Sequence record: DRR378314_1514
Reading direction: 5' to 3' (one strand)
Length of the DNA: 43,823 nucleotides
How positions within the stretch are numbered: position 1 is the first letter of the stretch; each line of letters begins with the position of its first letter. Position numbers and translations under genes: made by a program. Below the pieces are notes generated by a model, which worked only from the letters and a program-made list of their open reading frames with translations, ran no database searches and was not told where the DNA came from. Positions 8,436 through 18,757 of this stretch are shown here, in pieces.

Positions 8436-10070
8436 TTGATAAAGCACGGTAAATATTTTGTTCCTCCGCTGAAAGACGGCAGCGACTTCAAGGAACTGTT
8501 CAAGTATCTGGTTTCTGTGGGAGCTGGCTTACCCGCTGACCAGACGGGACTTCCTGTGGGCTCATGGACGCCAGAGTTACTTGCAAGCACCATCTCTCAG
8601 TTTGACTCCAATAAGTCGAGCATCGAGCTACGGACAGTTCAGCATTGGTTTCAGGATAACGACAGAGGGATTAGCACAGACAACATTCGCTGGCTGGCGC
8701 GCGTATTCGGCTGCGGCGATCCTGACGCTATCACCGCGTGGAGGGCGGAACTTAATGCCGCCAACAGGCGATTGGCAACAAAGCGACGAGAGAAGCGCAG
8801 CATTCAAACGCGCGATTTGCAGTTTTCTTCTGACACTGCCAAGGAAGGTGACCAAGACGCGATTGAAAACGCAGCGAAACGGGAAACACCGAGGGAGCCG
8901 ACGAGTATCTCGGGACTAGCGGGACGAACAGAGGCAATGTTCAGCACCCATTCATCATTGGGCTTGCCGGCCGTGGTATTCGCCGCTGCTACAGCGCTGG
9001 GGCTTATGTCGTTTTCATTGAACATTCACAGCGTTGAGTTCACACCCCCAACAGGTCCGACAAAGCAAGTTGGTTTTTTGTGGGCCCCAAATTGGACAGT
9101 TGTTTTCCTTGCGCTTCTGCCAGCGTATTTCGCAGTTTTGATCAATCTGTTGAGGCTGTGGAAAGCAGAATGGCGAGCTGACTTGGTGACAAGGTTGAGT
9201 TCCACATCACCACGAACCAATTGGGCAAGCAGGGTCACAGCGATGTCCTATGTGTATTGGGCGGTGTTTGTTGTGACCATATTGATAGCCTCGGCTTTCA
9301 ATTGGATGGAAACACACCTGATCCCCTTGCTGACAGGGAACACAGGAAGTTGGCCGGTGGAGTGGGGAAGAATAGCTATATTTCAACCTGATCTGGTTTC
9401 CGTACCGAACGCAATAGCGTTTTCCGGACTCGTCTTCTTGCTAAACGCCTTTGGGTCTTACTTGTTCTTCGCAGGCCTGATCATCCTCTATTCGCTCACG
9501 GATGATTTCGTCGATTTTGCTGCACACCTTGCCCACGACAAGAGCCAAGAACTCCATCAGAATCTTGCAGAGATTGGCAGCTTGCTAATGGTTGGGATTT
9601 TCAGATGTTGTTCATTGGGTCTGATGATCACCATTTTGATGAAGCTTCAGGCGAGCTTCCTGCTTTCGGACAGCAGAGACATCGTCGGTTGGCTAACATC
9701 GGACATCCTGGTTCCCTTTGGTAGACGCGAGGCCCAATTGAACGGGTATGACCTCCATCAGAATGCACCCGGTTTTTACTATAGCTTTTTCTGTTTGCTC
9801 GTGATTTTCGCAGTATTTGTGATTTGCACAGCCAGAATTCGCGTTGCGGTTACCAAGCTAGGCCTGCCGAGCAGCAAGAGCGCGGACCGAGTACCCGTGG
9901 TAATGATGAACGGGATCCTGCTCCTATTGACGGCGGCCTATTTGCTCATTGGTGTTTTTCCCGGCTTCACGATCCTCCTAATTGCTGCCCTGACCTTGGC
10001 TGGATGTTTCCTTGCACGACCCACCCTGGGTCAGCTTAACGCAATAAAACCGAGAGAATTAGATGCCTAA
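8436..10070 (+). CDS. rcgA: RcgA-like membrane protein: N-terminal HTH-like domain plus multiple TM helices
   Basis: N-terminus GKYFVPP.KDGSDFKELF...WTPELLA..IS...ELRTVQHWFQDNDRGIS..NIRWLARVFGC.DP matches the RcgA family as I recall it; QVGFLWAPNWT motif; about 8 hydrophobic segments. TTG start uncertain. Confidence 0.65.
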   Translation: MIKHGKYFVPPLKDGSDFKELFKYLVSVGAGLPADQTGLPVGSWTPELLASTISQFDSNKSSIELRTVQHWFQDNDRGISTDNIRWLARVFGCGDPDAITAWRAELNAANRRLATKRREKRSIQTRDLQFSSDTAKEGDQDAIENAAKRETPREPTSISGLAGRTEAMFSTHSSLGLPAVVFAAATALGLMSFSLNIHSVEFTPPTGPTKQVGFLWAPNWTVVFLALLPAYFAVLINLLRLWKAEWRADLVTRLSSTSPRTNWASRVTAMSYVYWAVFVVTILIASAFNWMETHLIPLLTGNTGSWPVEWGRIAIFQPDLVSVPNAIAFSGLVFLLNAFGSYLFFAGLIILYSLTDDFVDFAAHLAHDKSQELHQNLAEIGSLLMVGIFRCCSLGLMITILMKLQASFLLSDSRDIVGWLTSDILVPFGRREAQLNGYDLHQNAPGFYYSFFCLLVIFAVFVICTARIRVAVTKLGLPSSKSADRVPVVMMNGILLLLTAAYLLIGVFPGFTILLIAALTLAGCFLARPTLGQLNAIKPRELDA

Positions 10071-11067
10071 GACGAATGCCCTGGACAAAGCCCCTATTCA
10101 TCCCGATGTCGCGGAGGGCCCATCCGATGTGAAAGCCTATTGGATTCACACCGATGATAAGGTGCGGCTTAGGGTGGCGCATTGGCCGACAACCAAGCCG
10201 TCAAAAGGCACGGTTTTTCTGTTCCAGGGGCGAACGGAAAACATCGAAAAATACGGGCGCACCGCCGAGTATCTGCATGACTTCGGCTATACGGCATTCG
10301 CTGTTGACTGGCGTGGCCAGGGGCTTTCGGACCGGCTCACGGAAGACAGGTTGATGGGCCATGTTGTTCGTTTCTCTGACTACCAAAAAGACGTCTCAGC
10401 TACGCTTGAAGCAGCCAAGTCACTCAATCTTCCGCAGCCCTGGTATCTGATTGGGCACTCGCTAGGGGCATGCGTTGGTCTACGCGCCATTGCTGAAGGG
10501 TTTCCGGTATCTGCCTGCGCGTTCACCGCTCCCTTGTGGGACATAAATCTCCCACGGCTGCAGCGCCTCGGTGCTTGGCCTTTGTCATGGGCATTTCAAA
10601 CACTTGGAAAAGGCGACACCTATGCCCCTGGGACGCGTGGAGAGAGTTATGTCCTGACGACTGATTTCAAGGACAACAGGCTGACACATGATCCAGATAT
10701 GTACGAGTACTACGCGAACATTTCGGAATCTCTGCCTGAACAAGTAATTGGTGGACCGAGTATGGGATGGCTGTTTCAGGCACTCAAGGAAACCAGATCA
10801 CTGTCAAAAAGGAAGTCCCCTGACACGCCGTGCATAACGTTCTGTGGTGCCGAAGATGAAATCGTTGCCATATCCGCCATACAAGATCGAATGGCGCGTT
10901 GGCCAGGCGGGAAACTGGAACTCATTCCTGGTGCCAGGCATGATGTTCTATACGAGACCCCGAAGGTTCGTGAGCACGTATTGGCTCAGATTTGTGAACT
11001 TTTCTCCACGTCGACAGAGGAAAAGCTGAAGGTGCCCAGCAAATCGATTGGGGATGCTCTGGTCTAG
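10063..11067 (+). CDS. Alpha/beta hydrolase (PldB/lysophospholipase-like)
   Basis: GRTENIEKY, DWRGQGLS, GHSLG nucleophile elbow, DEIV and GARHD motifs; overlaps the rcgA-like stop. Confidence 0.9.
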   Translation: MPKTNALDKAPIHPDVAEGPSDVKAYWIHTDDKVRLRVAHWPTTKPSKGTVFLFQGRTENIEKYGRTAEYLHDFGYTAFAVDWRGQGLSDRLTEDRLMGHVVRFSDYQKDVSATLEAAKSLNLPQPWYLIGHSLGACVGLRAIAEGFPVSACAFTAPLWDINLPRLQRLGAWPLSWAFQTLGKGDTYAPGTRGESYVLTTDFKDNRLTHDPDMYEYYANISESLPEQVIGGPSMGWLFQALKETRSLSKRKSPDTPCITFCGAEDEIVAISAIQDRMARWPGGKLELIPGARHDVLYETPKVREHVLAQICELFSTSTEEKLKVPSKSIGDALV

Positions 11068-11143
11068 GACCAATCACCCATTCAGAAGTCAATTCTTCCT
11101 CGAGTGGAATTGATTGCTCAGCAGGCCCGCCCGAGTGCGCTTG

Positions 11144-11869
11144 TTAATATGGGACCAGCTCATAGTCATAACGCCCAAAAATGTCGGACCAGTCCACCCC
11201 AACGCCCCGAAAGTAGCTCGGGCAGTCTTTGCGGAGAGGTAGCCAATTTGGTCTTTGTCCCGGGGCGCGATCCGACCAATAAAAATTGGCGTTTTCGTCA
11301 TAGGTTCCGACAACCATATCCAGGCGAGTGGAACATGGGCCTTCACGCTCACGGACTTTGTAGCTGTAATGTCGAACATGCCAAACGCGGATGGATCTGA
11401 TAACGTCAAAGTCCGCTGACGATAGATCAACGCTTGCACGTAAAGGTTCGGGCAGGGCAGGAGAACCAGCCACCAGTTTGGCCAATGGTGTTCCTGTCGT
11501 ACCAAGTGTTGACCACGACTCTGGCGTGAACGAGGCCTCGACAACAATTGCACTTTCTTCTTCGCCGGGCAGCTCAGGAGTTGTCGTCGCACTGACAGCC
11601 TTGATTGCTTCCAGACGTTGCATCGGTGTGAGCTGCGATGAATCGGAGGCAACGCCCATCGGGCAACGCCAGAGTTGCAGCGGCGGCTCTACCGGCATGG
11701 GTGTTATGCGCCGAATGAACTCCGCCCGTGCCGTATTGCAATCGGGATCACTCGGCCACCCGCCAGCGAGGCACAGAAAAATCGCGCAATCAATGGGGTA
11801 GGCGTGTGCTGGGGCGGAGAATCCGAGTGCCAGGGCAGATGTGCATCCAAGTAGCGTCATACGAAACAT
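11144..11869 (-). CDS. Exported Cys-containing protein, TrbM/KikA-like
   Basis: Signal peptide ending AHA; DCAIFLCLAGGWP...C resembles the TrbM/KikA 'C.AILCL...P..C' motif. Confidence 0.55.
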   Translation of the reverse strand: MFRMTLLGCTSALALGFSAPAHAYPIDCAIFLCLAGGWPSDPDCNTARAEFIRRITPMPVEPPLQLWRCPMGVASDSSQLTPMQRLEAIKAVSATTTPELPGEEESAIVVEASFTPESWSTLGTTGTPLAKLVAGSPALPEPLRASVDLSSADFDVIRSIRVWHVRHYSYKVREREGPCSTRLDMVVGTYDENANFYWSDRAPGQRPNWLPLRKDCPSYFRGVGVDWSDIFGRYDYELVPY

Positions 11870-12048
11870 GGTATGATCCTTTCAAGCAACAGAGACTGTA
11901 TGAATCGTGTAGGCTGATTTCTGCATAAATTTTAGATCACATTATTTTCTGTTTTGCAAATTTCAAATTTTACATTATTGAAAATACCAGATCTAAACTT
12001 TCGCAGGTTTCGAAAGGATGTAAGAAGTCGTCCCATAGGGGGACGACC

Positions 12049-12429
12049 ATGCCGCACAGAAAGAACTTCCCATTGATCACACAAGGCGAAGCACGTGACC
12101 TTGTTGAATCGGGTAAGGACTATGAATTTCGGTATGACCTAGTCGAGCTGGGGCAAAATGGACGTCCGCAATACATTTGCATCTATCGCTACGATGGGAA
12201 GGATAACGTCCTCATCTCTGAGAGGGCGACTTCGCAAGGCGTTGTTCCCCGCAGACTGTCGCTATTTCCGGGCCTGTTCAATTTCCATACCCGTTTCAGA
12301 CAGGGCACTGACATCACCCTGCACAAAGATCTTACGATCACCACAGATGGTGTACGTGGGCACATCAACCTGGATTTTGATAAAGACCCTGATCAGGACG
12401 ATTCAGAAGACGACAGCGAAACTAAGTAG
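12049..12429 (+). CDS. Hypothetical protein with acidic tail
   Basis: 126 aa ORF with GGGGG RBS; no recognised motif. Confidence 0.6.
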   Translation: MPHRKNFPLITQGEARDLVESGKDYEFRYDLVELGQNGRPQYICIYRYDGKDNVLISERATSQGVVPRRLSLFPGLFNFHTRFRQGTDITLHKDLTITTDGVRGHINLDFDKDPDQDDSEDDSETK

Positions 12430-12541
12430 TTCGAAGGTAGACTTAGAACAGGCAATGGCTATTAGCCGTCTGCACCAAACCTTTTCTCACACAAACTTCG
12501 AAAAAGCATCAAAAGCCGCCGCTCAGCCGGCTTGGTATGGG

Positions 12542-12569
12542 GTAGGGCCTAAACCCAGTTATGTTTACT
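12542..12569 (+). other. XerC/D dif-like site
   Basis: GTAGGGCCTAA-acccag-TTATGTTTACT: 7/11 to E. coli XerC arm, 9/11 to XerD arm. Confidence 0.5.
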
Positions 12570-12621
12570 GCGCCGTCGCCCCAAGTCTTGGCTGTCTTCT
12601 GGAAGAGGGAGGGCACGGCGG

Positions 12622-13029
12622 ATGAAAAAGCTCCTTCTTTCGTGCACGGTCTTGGCCGGGCTTCTGATCACAAACCATCACCTCGGCCAGACGACCAAGG
12701 TCCTGAGCGCTTCTGAGGTGATTGCCGTTGACGGTGACACGATCGACCATGGCGATGACCGTTACCGGTTTGTTGGTTTCGACACGCCTGAGACTTACCG
12801 TCCGCAATGCGATGCGGAAAAGGCTCTGGGTCTGAAAGCGAATGCAAGGCTGACAGAGCTCATCGAAACGACGGGCCAAATCGAGTTGATCATCCAACCA
12901 GACCTGGACAAGCATGATCGTTTTCTGGCGGTCGGGCGTGTGGCTGGGCAGAACGTCGGGACCATCCTGATTTCTGAAGGTCTTGCACGTCCATACAGCG
13001 GCGGCAAACGCCAGTCCTGGTGCATTTGA
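12622..13029 (+). CDS. Thermonuclease (SNase) family protein
   Basis: VDGDTI, RFVGFDTPE, DKHDR and LISEGLA motifs; N-terminal signal-like sequence. Confidence 0.9.
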   Translation: MKKLLLSCTVLAGLLITNHHLGQTTKVLSASEVIAVDGDTIDHGDDRYRFVGFDTPETYRPQCDAEKALGLKANARLTELIETTGQIELIIQPDLDKHDRFLAVGRVAGQNVGTILISEGLARPYSGGKRQSWCI

Positions 13030-13308
13030 TTGGAGACTAGAATGCAGCAAGAGGAAGGATACTAATCGAGCAAGGAACGGTCCTGTCGGTTGTTGGCGCA
13101 ATCGACAGGACCCGAAACGCCCCAAGCCCGGGGCATTCCTCAACATCAAGAGAGAACCGTAAGCGATGAAGAATACAGCAACCCTCGATGCTGCTCCTAA
13201 AAAGGACAGCAAACGCGCCGGAGTCAATGCCCTGATTCCGGATCGCAATAGCGACTTCTGAACGGTCTTCAGGGGTCCGATTTGGTGCGCGCTCTGCACG
13301 CCGGAATC

Positions 13309-13336
13309 ACACCCTATAAGACTTATTATGTAAACT
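13309..13336 (+). other. XerC/D dif-like site
   Basis: ACACCCTATAA-gactta-TTATGTAAACT: TATAA-N6-TTATG core in an 11-6-11 layout. Confidence 0.7.
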
Positions 13337-13624
13337 ATTCTGACCTAATTGGGAGAACGGAGAAGTGATCGCCGTGACCTACGACACCATCAAATCCGTG
13401 CCAGGTACTTTGCTCGCCAAACTCTCTTCGATGCATGTGGTGCTGCACCGAAGAGAGAGCGTGGCGAAGCCCAGATGGGGCTGTAGACGCCACATAACCG
13501 GAGCCCACAACACAGCGAGCTCGGCCTCTTCAAAGCTATCGAACGCAACCCTTTCAAACCAATACGAAAACAATCCTGATCACAGATTTGTCAACTCGGA
13601 CGCACGCAATCCGGGACGGTCGTC

Positions 13625-15052
13625 ATGACCTTGTTCCTGAATGGCGTTCCACTAGTGATCGATAACGAACACGGACAACGCGCGCTGAAGACCGCGCACA
13701 GCATGAGCACGCGCGTTGAATGCGGATGCTGTCTGCCCGCCCCGAAAATGTATGTCGCAGCAACGGCAGACAAATTCATCGTCAAACGGATGCCCGGAAC
13801 CGGCCCTGATCATGCTATTGGCTGTCCGTCCTTCCTGCCACCCGAAGAATTGTCAGGATTGGCGCAAGTCCGGGCATCGGCCATCACCGAAGATCCCGCC
13901 GACGGCACAACCACGCTCAAACTGGGCTTCCCACTGCGAAAGAACAGTAGGTCCCGGAACGCACCGGAAGCAACCGGTCGGAAGCCAACCGAGGCGAAGG
14001 CCGCGCCGCGCAAGCTGACGATTACCAGTGTCCTTCATTTCCTCTGGCATGAGGCCGATCTGGGCAAGTGGTATCCTCGGATGAAAGGAAAACGATATTG
14101 GGGCGTGATCCACTCCGCCCTGCGCCGGGCCGCTGCGGGAAAGATCGCCAAAGGACAAGACCTGTCCCGCATTCTCTACATCCCGGAATACTTCAAAGTG
14201 GACGATAAGGCAGAGAAAGCAGCCAGACGGAACCGGATCTTTGCCAATCTGCGACCAGCAAAACGCGGTGCAACTCCATTTGGCTTGGTGGTCGCCGAGT
14301 ACAAGGCCATGGAAACCACGGCGCATGGTGCGCGGTTCATTTTCAAACATGCCCCCGATTGCGCGTTCTTTGCTGATGAGGATCTGGCGCAGAAATTCGA
14401 GAAAGTGTTTGGGGATCAGTTGCGCCTCATTGAAGCCATGGGGTCCGGCCATGCCATCGTGATCGCCAGCTTTTCTATCGCAAAGGCGGGTTATCCGGTT
14501 CTCCATGAAATCGGCATGATGCTGGTCACGGAGAACTGGATCCCGTTCGAAAGCCTGCGCGAGCTGGAAGTACTGAAGGCGCTGACCGAACAGTCCCGCG
14601 CGTTTCAAAAGCAATTGCGGTTCAACCTGCCGGTGGACGCACCGATCGCATCGGCTGTGCTGCTGGATACGACAGATCCGACTGCCGCCTTTGTTGCAGA
14701 CAACCCCGACGATGCCGAGGCGCTGGCACTTCTCACCAAAGCCTCTGAAGAAGGCCGGTATGCGAGCTGGTGCTGGTTTGACGATACGCCGATGAGCCCG
14801 TTCCCGGATCGTGGCGCGTTCCCTTCCAGCCAACACTCACAGCTTCCGGAAGGGCGCGCAGACGCGAATACGGGCGCGAGATCTCGTACGGATAGTGACC
14901 TCCACGAATTCAATAAATCCCCTCTCCGCCGACAGGACGATATCGCGACGGAGAGGGATGCTAATCAAACTACATTTGGGATGGGGTTCGACCAGCAAGC
15001 TCCCCCTACTTCAACCTCCGCAATGTCACAAAAGAACAGTCGGCCCACATGA
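13625..15052 (+). CDS. DUF1173-family protein (T4SS-associated)
   Basis: CGC...[36 protein letters not shown] and [13 protein letters not shown]-like motifs; overlaps the virB1 start. Confidence 0.8.
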   Translation: MTLFLNGVPLVIDNEHGQRALKTAHSMSTRVECGCCLPAPKMYVAATADKFIVKRMPGTGPDHAIGCPSFLPPEELSGLAQVRASAITEDPADGTTTLKLGFPLRKNSRSRNAPEATGRKPTEAKAAPRKLTITSVLHFLWHEADLGKWYPRMKGKRYWGVIHSALRRAAAGKIAKGQDLSRILYIPEYFKVDDKAEKAARRNRIFANLRPAKRGATPFGLVVAEYKAMETTAHGARFIFKHAPDCAFFADEDLAQKFEKVFGDQLRLIEAMGSGHAIVIASFSIAKAGYPVLHEIGMMLVTENWIPFESLRELEVLKALTEQSRAFQKQLRFNLPVDAPIASAVLLDTTDPTAAFVADNPDDAEALALLTKASEEGRYASWCWFDDTPMSPFPDRGAFPSSQHSQLPEGRADANTGARSRTDSDLHEFNKSPLRRQDDIATERDANQTTFGMGFDQQAPPTSTSAMSQKNSRPT

Positions 15053-15696
15053 AAAACGTGTTCAAACCGTTGCTGATTAGCCTCCCTTTAATCGCAGCAC
15101 TCGCTTCATCTGCCCAGGCGCAGAATGACGAGGCCGCAATTTGTGCGGGCCGTGAAGGCCCGCTGTTGAGTGGAGGGCGCTTGCTGTGTGTGACCGCCCC
15201 CGCCCGCACCTGCCTGGAACCGGCATTCCGGGCAGGTGCAATGGTATGCCTCAGATATGAGGACGGAGGCAATCCGGAACAGGTTGTCTCGAAGAACGCA
15301 AGCCCGCGCAACAAGGGCGAATGGGCCGATGAAGCGGAGCGCGCCGCCAAACGCCACGGTGTTCCGGTGCCACTGTTTCTTGCGCTGGTCCATCAGGAAA
15401 GTCGCTGGAATGCGAACGCGGTCAGCCCCAAAGGCGCACTGGGATTGGCGCAGCTGATGCCACCCACCGCCGCGGCTCTTGGTGTCGATCCGCATGATCC
15501 GGTGCAAAACCTCGATGGCGGCGCGCGGTATCTCAAAGCCATGTTCCTGAAATTTGGCACATGGCGGTTGGCACTGGCGGCCTACAACGCCGGGCCCAAG
15601 GCCGTCGAACGCTATGACGGCGTCCCGCCTTACTCGGAAACCACCCATTACGTCGCAACCGTTCTCGAAGGGGGCGGGCTTCCACCCGACGCCTGA
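15049..15696 (+). CDS. virB1: Lytic transglycosylase
   Basis: [20 protein letters not shown] and [12 protein letters not shown] motifs; heads the virB operon. Confidence 0.9.
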   Translation: MKNVFKPLLISLPLIAALASSAQAQNDEAAICAGREGPLLSGGRLLCVTAPARTCLEPAFRAGAMVCLRYEDGGNPEQVVSKNASPRNKGEWADEAERAAKRHGVPVPLFLALVHQESRWNANAVSPKGALGLAQLMPPTAAALGVDPHDPVQNLDGGARYLKAMFLKFGTWRLALAAYNAGPKAVERYDGVPPYSETTHYVATVLEGGGLPPDA

Positions 15697-15724
15697 ACAC
15701 CCCAGTCCAAGGAGACTATTCTAT

Positions 15725-16027
15725 ATGAAACGTAACCCTCAAAACGTCACATTGCTGACATTGCTGACGTTGATGGCACTCAGCAGCCCGGCCATGGCGC
15801 AATCGCTGTTTGATGCGCCGGTGTCAATCCTGACCCAGATCCGCACCTTTGTGACAGGCGCCAATGGTATTCTGCTCGGTGGTGCCGCCATTGCGCTCGC
15901 TGGTATCTCGGCCGCCAGCCCGCGCGTGCCCGTCACATGGGGCCATTTCTTCGTGATCCTCGTCGTACTGGGCATCTTCTACGGTGCGTTTGGCATTGCC
16001 GAAGCCATTCAGGGATTTGCAACCTGA
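15725..16027 (+). CDS. virB2: Major pilin
   Basis: Start MKRNPQN with AAGGAG RBS; signal ending PAMAQ; two TM helices; lies upstream of virB3. Confidence 0.85.
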   Translation: MKRNPQNVTLLTLLTLMALSSPAMAQSLFDAPVSILTQIRTFVTGANGILLGGAAIALAGISAASPRVPVTWGHFFVILVVLGIFYGAFGIAEAIQGFAT

Positions 16028-16317
16028 TGAGCGACGATAACCGCATCTTCCAGGCGATCACCCGGCCTTCTGAGAGGGCCGGGATACCGATGACGTTTCA
16101 CATCGTGGCGATCAGCATCCCTTTGATGACGTTCATCATGACCCAGGGCTTTTTGGGCTTTTGGGGATTGCTCGCCATCGCCCCGTCTTATGCCGCCGCC
16201 CGCTGGATTGTGAGCGTCGATCCGTATTTGCCCGATCACATGGCAACCATGGCCGACTGCAAACTCTTCACAAAAAACAAGCCCTTCTGGGGCGGCAATT
16301 CCTACGCCGGAGACTGA
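16027..16317 (+). CDS. virB3: T4SS inner membrane protein
   Basis: IFQAITRP...AGIP, two TM helices, DP, and FWGGNSY C-terminus; TGATG coupling to virB2. Confidence 0.9.
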   Translation: MSDDNRIFQAITRPSERAGIPMTFHIVAISIPLMTFIMTQGFLGFWGLLAIAPSYAAARWIVSVDPYLPDHMATMADCKLFTKNKPFWGGNSYAGD

Positions 16318-16318
16318 C

Positions 16319-18745
16319 ATGAATATGCACCCGGAGATTCAAAAGGCCATGACCTCTGCGCGCTGCGCCGCGCGTGAGGTGCCGGCCACCACGCATATCC
16401 CGTTTGTGCGCTTCCTGCAGGACGGGACATTCACGACGCGCAACGGTGATCTGGTGGCGGTATTGGAACTCACCGGGTTCATCCACGAAACTGCTGATCG
16501 TGAAACCATCAAGGCCGCCAATGAGACGTTGGCCCGGCTTGCGTCCAGCTTTGAAGACAATCGGACGGCTTTCTACAGCCATATCATCCGCACCAAAGTG
16601 AAGCTGTCCGACACGTTGCCCCCTGTTTCTGGCTCGGCTTTCTCCGAAGACCTGGATCGTCACTACCGCGGCCAGCTGGACAGCGAAGAGACATTCCAGC
16701 TGCGTCACTTCCTGACAATCGTGCGACGCCCCTATAACACCGGCAAGCGTCTGCTGGATGCCGGGTTGCGGTCTTTCCGCGCGGCTGCATCAGACCCGGC
16801 AGCGACTACCGCCCGCGCCAAGAACCGCAAGGCTTTGCATGTTGCCGCAGAACAGGCGATGCGGGATCTATCAGTGTTTGGTGCGCGCAGGCTCACTGGG
16901 TCAGAGGCGGATCGCAGCCGCACGCTGTCACTCCTGTCGATGTTGCAAAGCGGGATTTGGCAAAAGGCTCCGTCCGTCTGGACTCATCTGGCGGATGCAG
17001 TGCCCAACGGGCGTATCACCTTCCGTAAAAACCATGTCGAAAGCCTGTCGCCAGGCGGGGACAAGGATCGGTTCGCCGCTGTCTTTGCGGTCAATGCTTA
17101 TCCCGAGCGGTCGAAATACTACATGTTCGATGAGCTTCTGGGGGAGCGCTGCGAGTTCATTGCGACCCAATGCTATGCGCCGATGGACCGCGTGTCAGGT
17201 GGTGGCAAGATCCGTGACGCCAAACGCGGCATGGAAGATGCAGGCGATGAGGCGGAGTCGCTGCAGAAGGATTTGAATGAAGCCCGAGACGCGGTTGCCT
17301 CTCGTGCCATGTCCATTGGACGGCATCATTTCACGGTTGCTGTTCTCGGTGACACTCGTGAGGAGTTGGAAGACTCGGCCACCCGCGTGAATTCCTGTCT
17401 GACTGGCGCGGATCTGCGCACCCGGCGCGAAGACATCGGGTTAGAGGCGGCCTGGTGGGCACAGTTGCCCAGCAACTTCGCCTATCAGACCCGCAGCAAA
17501 AAGCGCTTTGTGTCCGACAAGAACTTTGCCGATTTCGCCAACCTGCATTCCTGGCCGACGGGATCGCGGAAAAAACTGCGTTGGGGCGGGCCTGTGGCTG
17601 CGTTCCGGACGCTGGGCGGTACGCCCTATTGGTTCTCCTTTCACCGGGAAGGCTCTGACAAATCCAAGGGGCCGGGAACCACGGCCATCTTTGGGGCGAC
17701 CGGTGAGGGCAAAACCCTGCTGGCGAACTTCCTGATGTCCTGCTGCTACCGCCTGCCCGAACACCCGCACCTTATTGCCTTTGATAAAGACAGGGGATCG
17801 GAAACCTTCATTCGAGCTATTGGCGGTACATATCTTCAGCTGCAATCCGGTATGAACCTCGGGTTCAACCCGTTTGCTGTTGCCACGGATGAAGTTGGGC
17901 TCGAATGGCTGGAGGGTTTCATTCAACGCCTGACAGGCGCGGACAAACTGACGCCAGAACAAGAACGGCGTATCGCAACAGGGCTCAAGCGCTTGGCCAA
18001 TGGTGACCCGGCCCTGCGCACCTTCTCGGATTTTGCGGACACGTTGCGATCTGTCGATGATGCTGACGCGCCTGTTCAGCTGCTGGATGCGCTCAGCAAG
18101 TGGTACGGGACCGGCAGTCGCGCTTGGCTATTTGATAACCCACAAGACAGTTTCAGCCTCGATCAGGCAGTAACCGCCATTGACATGACAGCGCTGCTCA
18201 AAGCCTCCGATATTCGCCTGCCCCTGCTGGATTACCTGTTCTACCGGATCGAGCGCAAACTGGCGCAGGGCAAACCGCTGATTATCATGGTGGATGAGGC
18301 GTGGGCTTTGTTTGACGATCCCCGATTTGGTCCACGTATCCAGGACTGGATCAAAACCATCCGAAAGCTGGATGGCATTCTGGTGTTCATGACGCAGGAA
18401 ACTTCTGATGCGGCAAAGTCTTCGATTTCGGACACGCTGATTCAGTCGACGGAAAACCGCATTTTCTTTGCTAACCCCAAAGCGGATCGCGCGACCTATG
18501 TGGATGCCTTCCGGCTCACAGAGGCCGAATTCAGCGCGATTTCATCCATGCCACCCAAATCCCGTCTGGTGCTGATCCATGACGGAGACGGGTCAGCCGT
18601 TGTTTCAACGCGGCTTGAGCTTCCCGAGCAATTTTACCGGGTGTTGTCCGCAACTGGTGACAGCGTTGCCGATATGGACCAACTGCGCGCCGAGCATGGC
18701 GAAGACGGCTGGCTCGACGCCTTCATGACCCCCAAAGCCCCCTGA
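16319..18745 (+). CDS. virB4: T4SS ATPase
   Basis: AWWAQLPSN, Walker A GATGEGKT, FDKDRG, WLFDN and DEAW motifs. Confidence 0.97.
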   Translation: MNMHPEIQKAMTSARCAAREVPATTHIPFVRFLQDGTFTTRNGDLVAVLELTGFIHETADRETIKAANETLARLASSFEDNRTAFYSHIIRTKVKLSDTLPPVSGSAFSEDLDRHYRGQLDSEETFQLRHFLTIVRRPYNTGKRLLDAGLRSFRAAASDPAATTARAKNRKALHVAAEQAMRDLSVFGARRLTGSEADRSRTLSLLSMLQSGIWQKAPSVWTHLADAVPNGRITFRKNHVESLSPGGDKDRFAAVFAVNAYPERSKYYMFDELLGERCEFIATQCYAPMDRVSGGGKIRDAKRGMEDAGDEAESLQKDLNEARDAVASRAMSIGRHHFTVAVLGDTREELEDSATRVNSCLTGADLRTRREDIGLEAAWWAQLPSNFAYQTRSKKRFVSDKNFADFANLHSWPTGSRKKLRWGGPVAAFRTLGGTPYWFSFHREGSDKSKGPGTTAIFGATGEGKTLLANFLMSCCYRLPEHPHLIAFDKDRGSETFIRAIGGTYLQLQSGMNLGFNPFAVATDEVGLEWLEGFIQRLTGADKLTPEQERRIATGLKRLANGDPALRTFSDFADTLRSVDDADAPVQLLDALSKWYGTGSRAWLFDNPQDSFSLDQAVTAIDMTALLKASDIRLPLLDYLFYRIERKLAQGKPLIIMVDEAWALFDDPRFGPRIQDWIKTIRKLDGILVFMTQETSDAAKSSISDTLIQSTENRIFFANPKADRATYVDAFRLTEAEFSAISSMPPKSRLVLIHDGDGSAVVSTRLELPEQFYRVLSATGDSVADMDQLRAEHGEDGWLDAFMTPKAP

Positions 18746-18757
18746 GGAGACCTCCGA

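Noticed and set aside
12565-13299. 244-aa minus-strand ORF
   Set aside because: Antisense to the thermonuclease with no recognisable motif.
13853-14836. Long antisense ORFs (e.g. 13853-14836, 21950-22759, 23965-24765, 38935-39753)
   Set aside because: Shadow frames of well-supported genes in GC-rich DNA.
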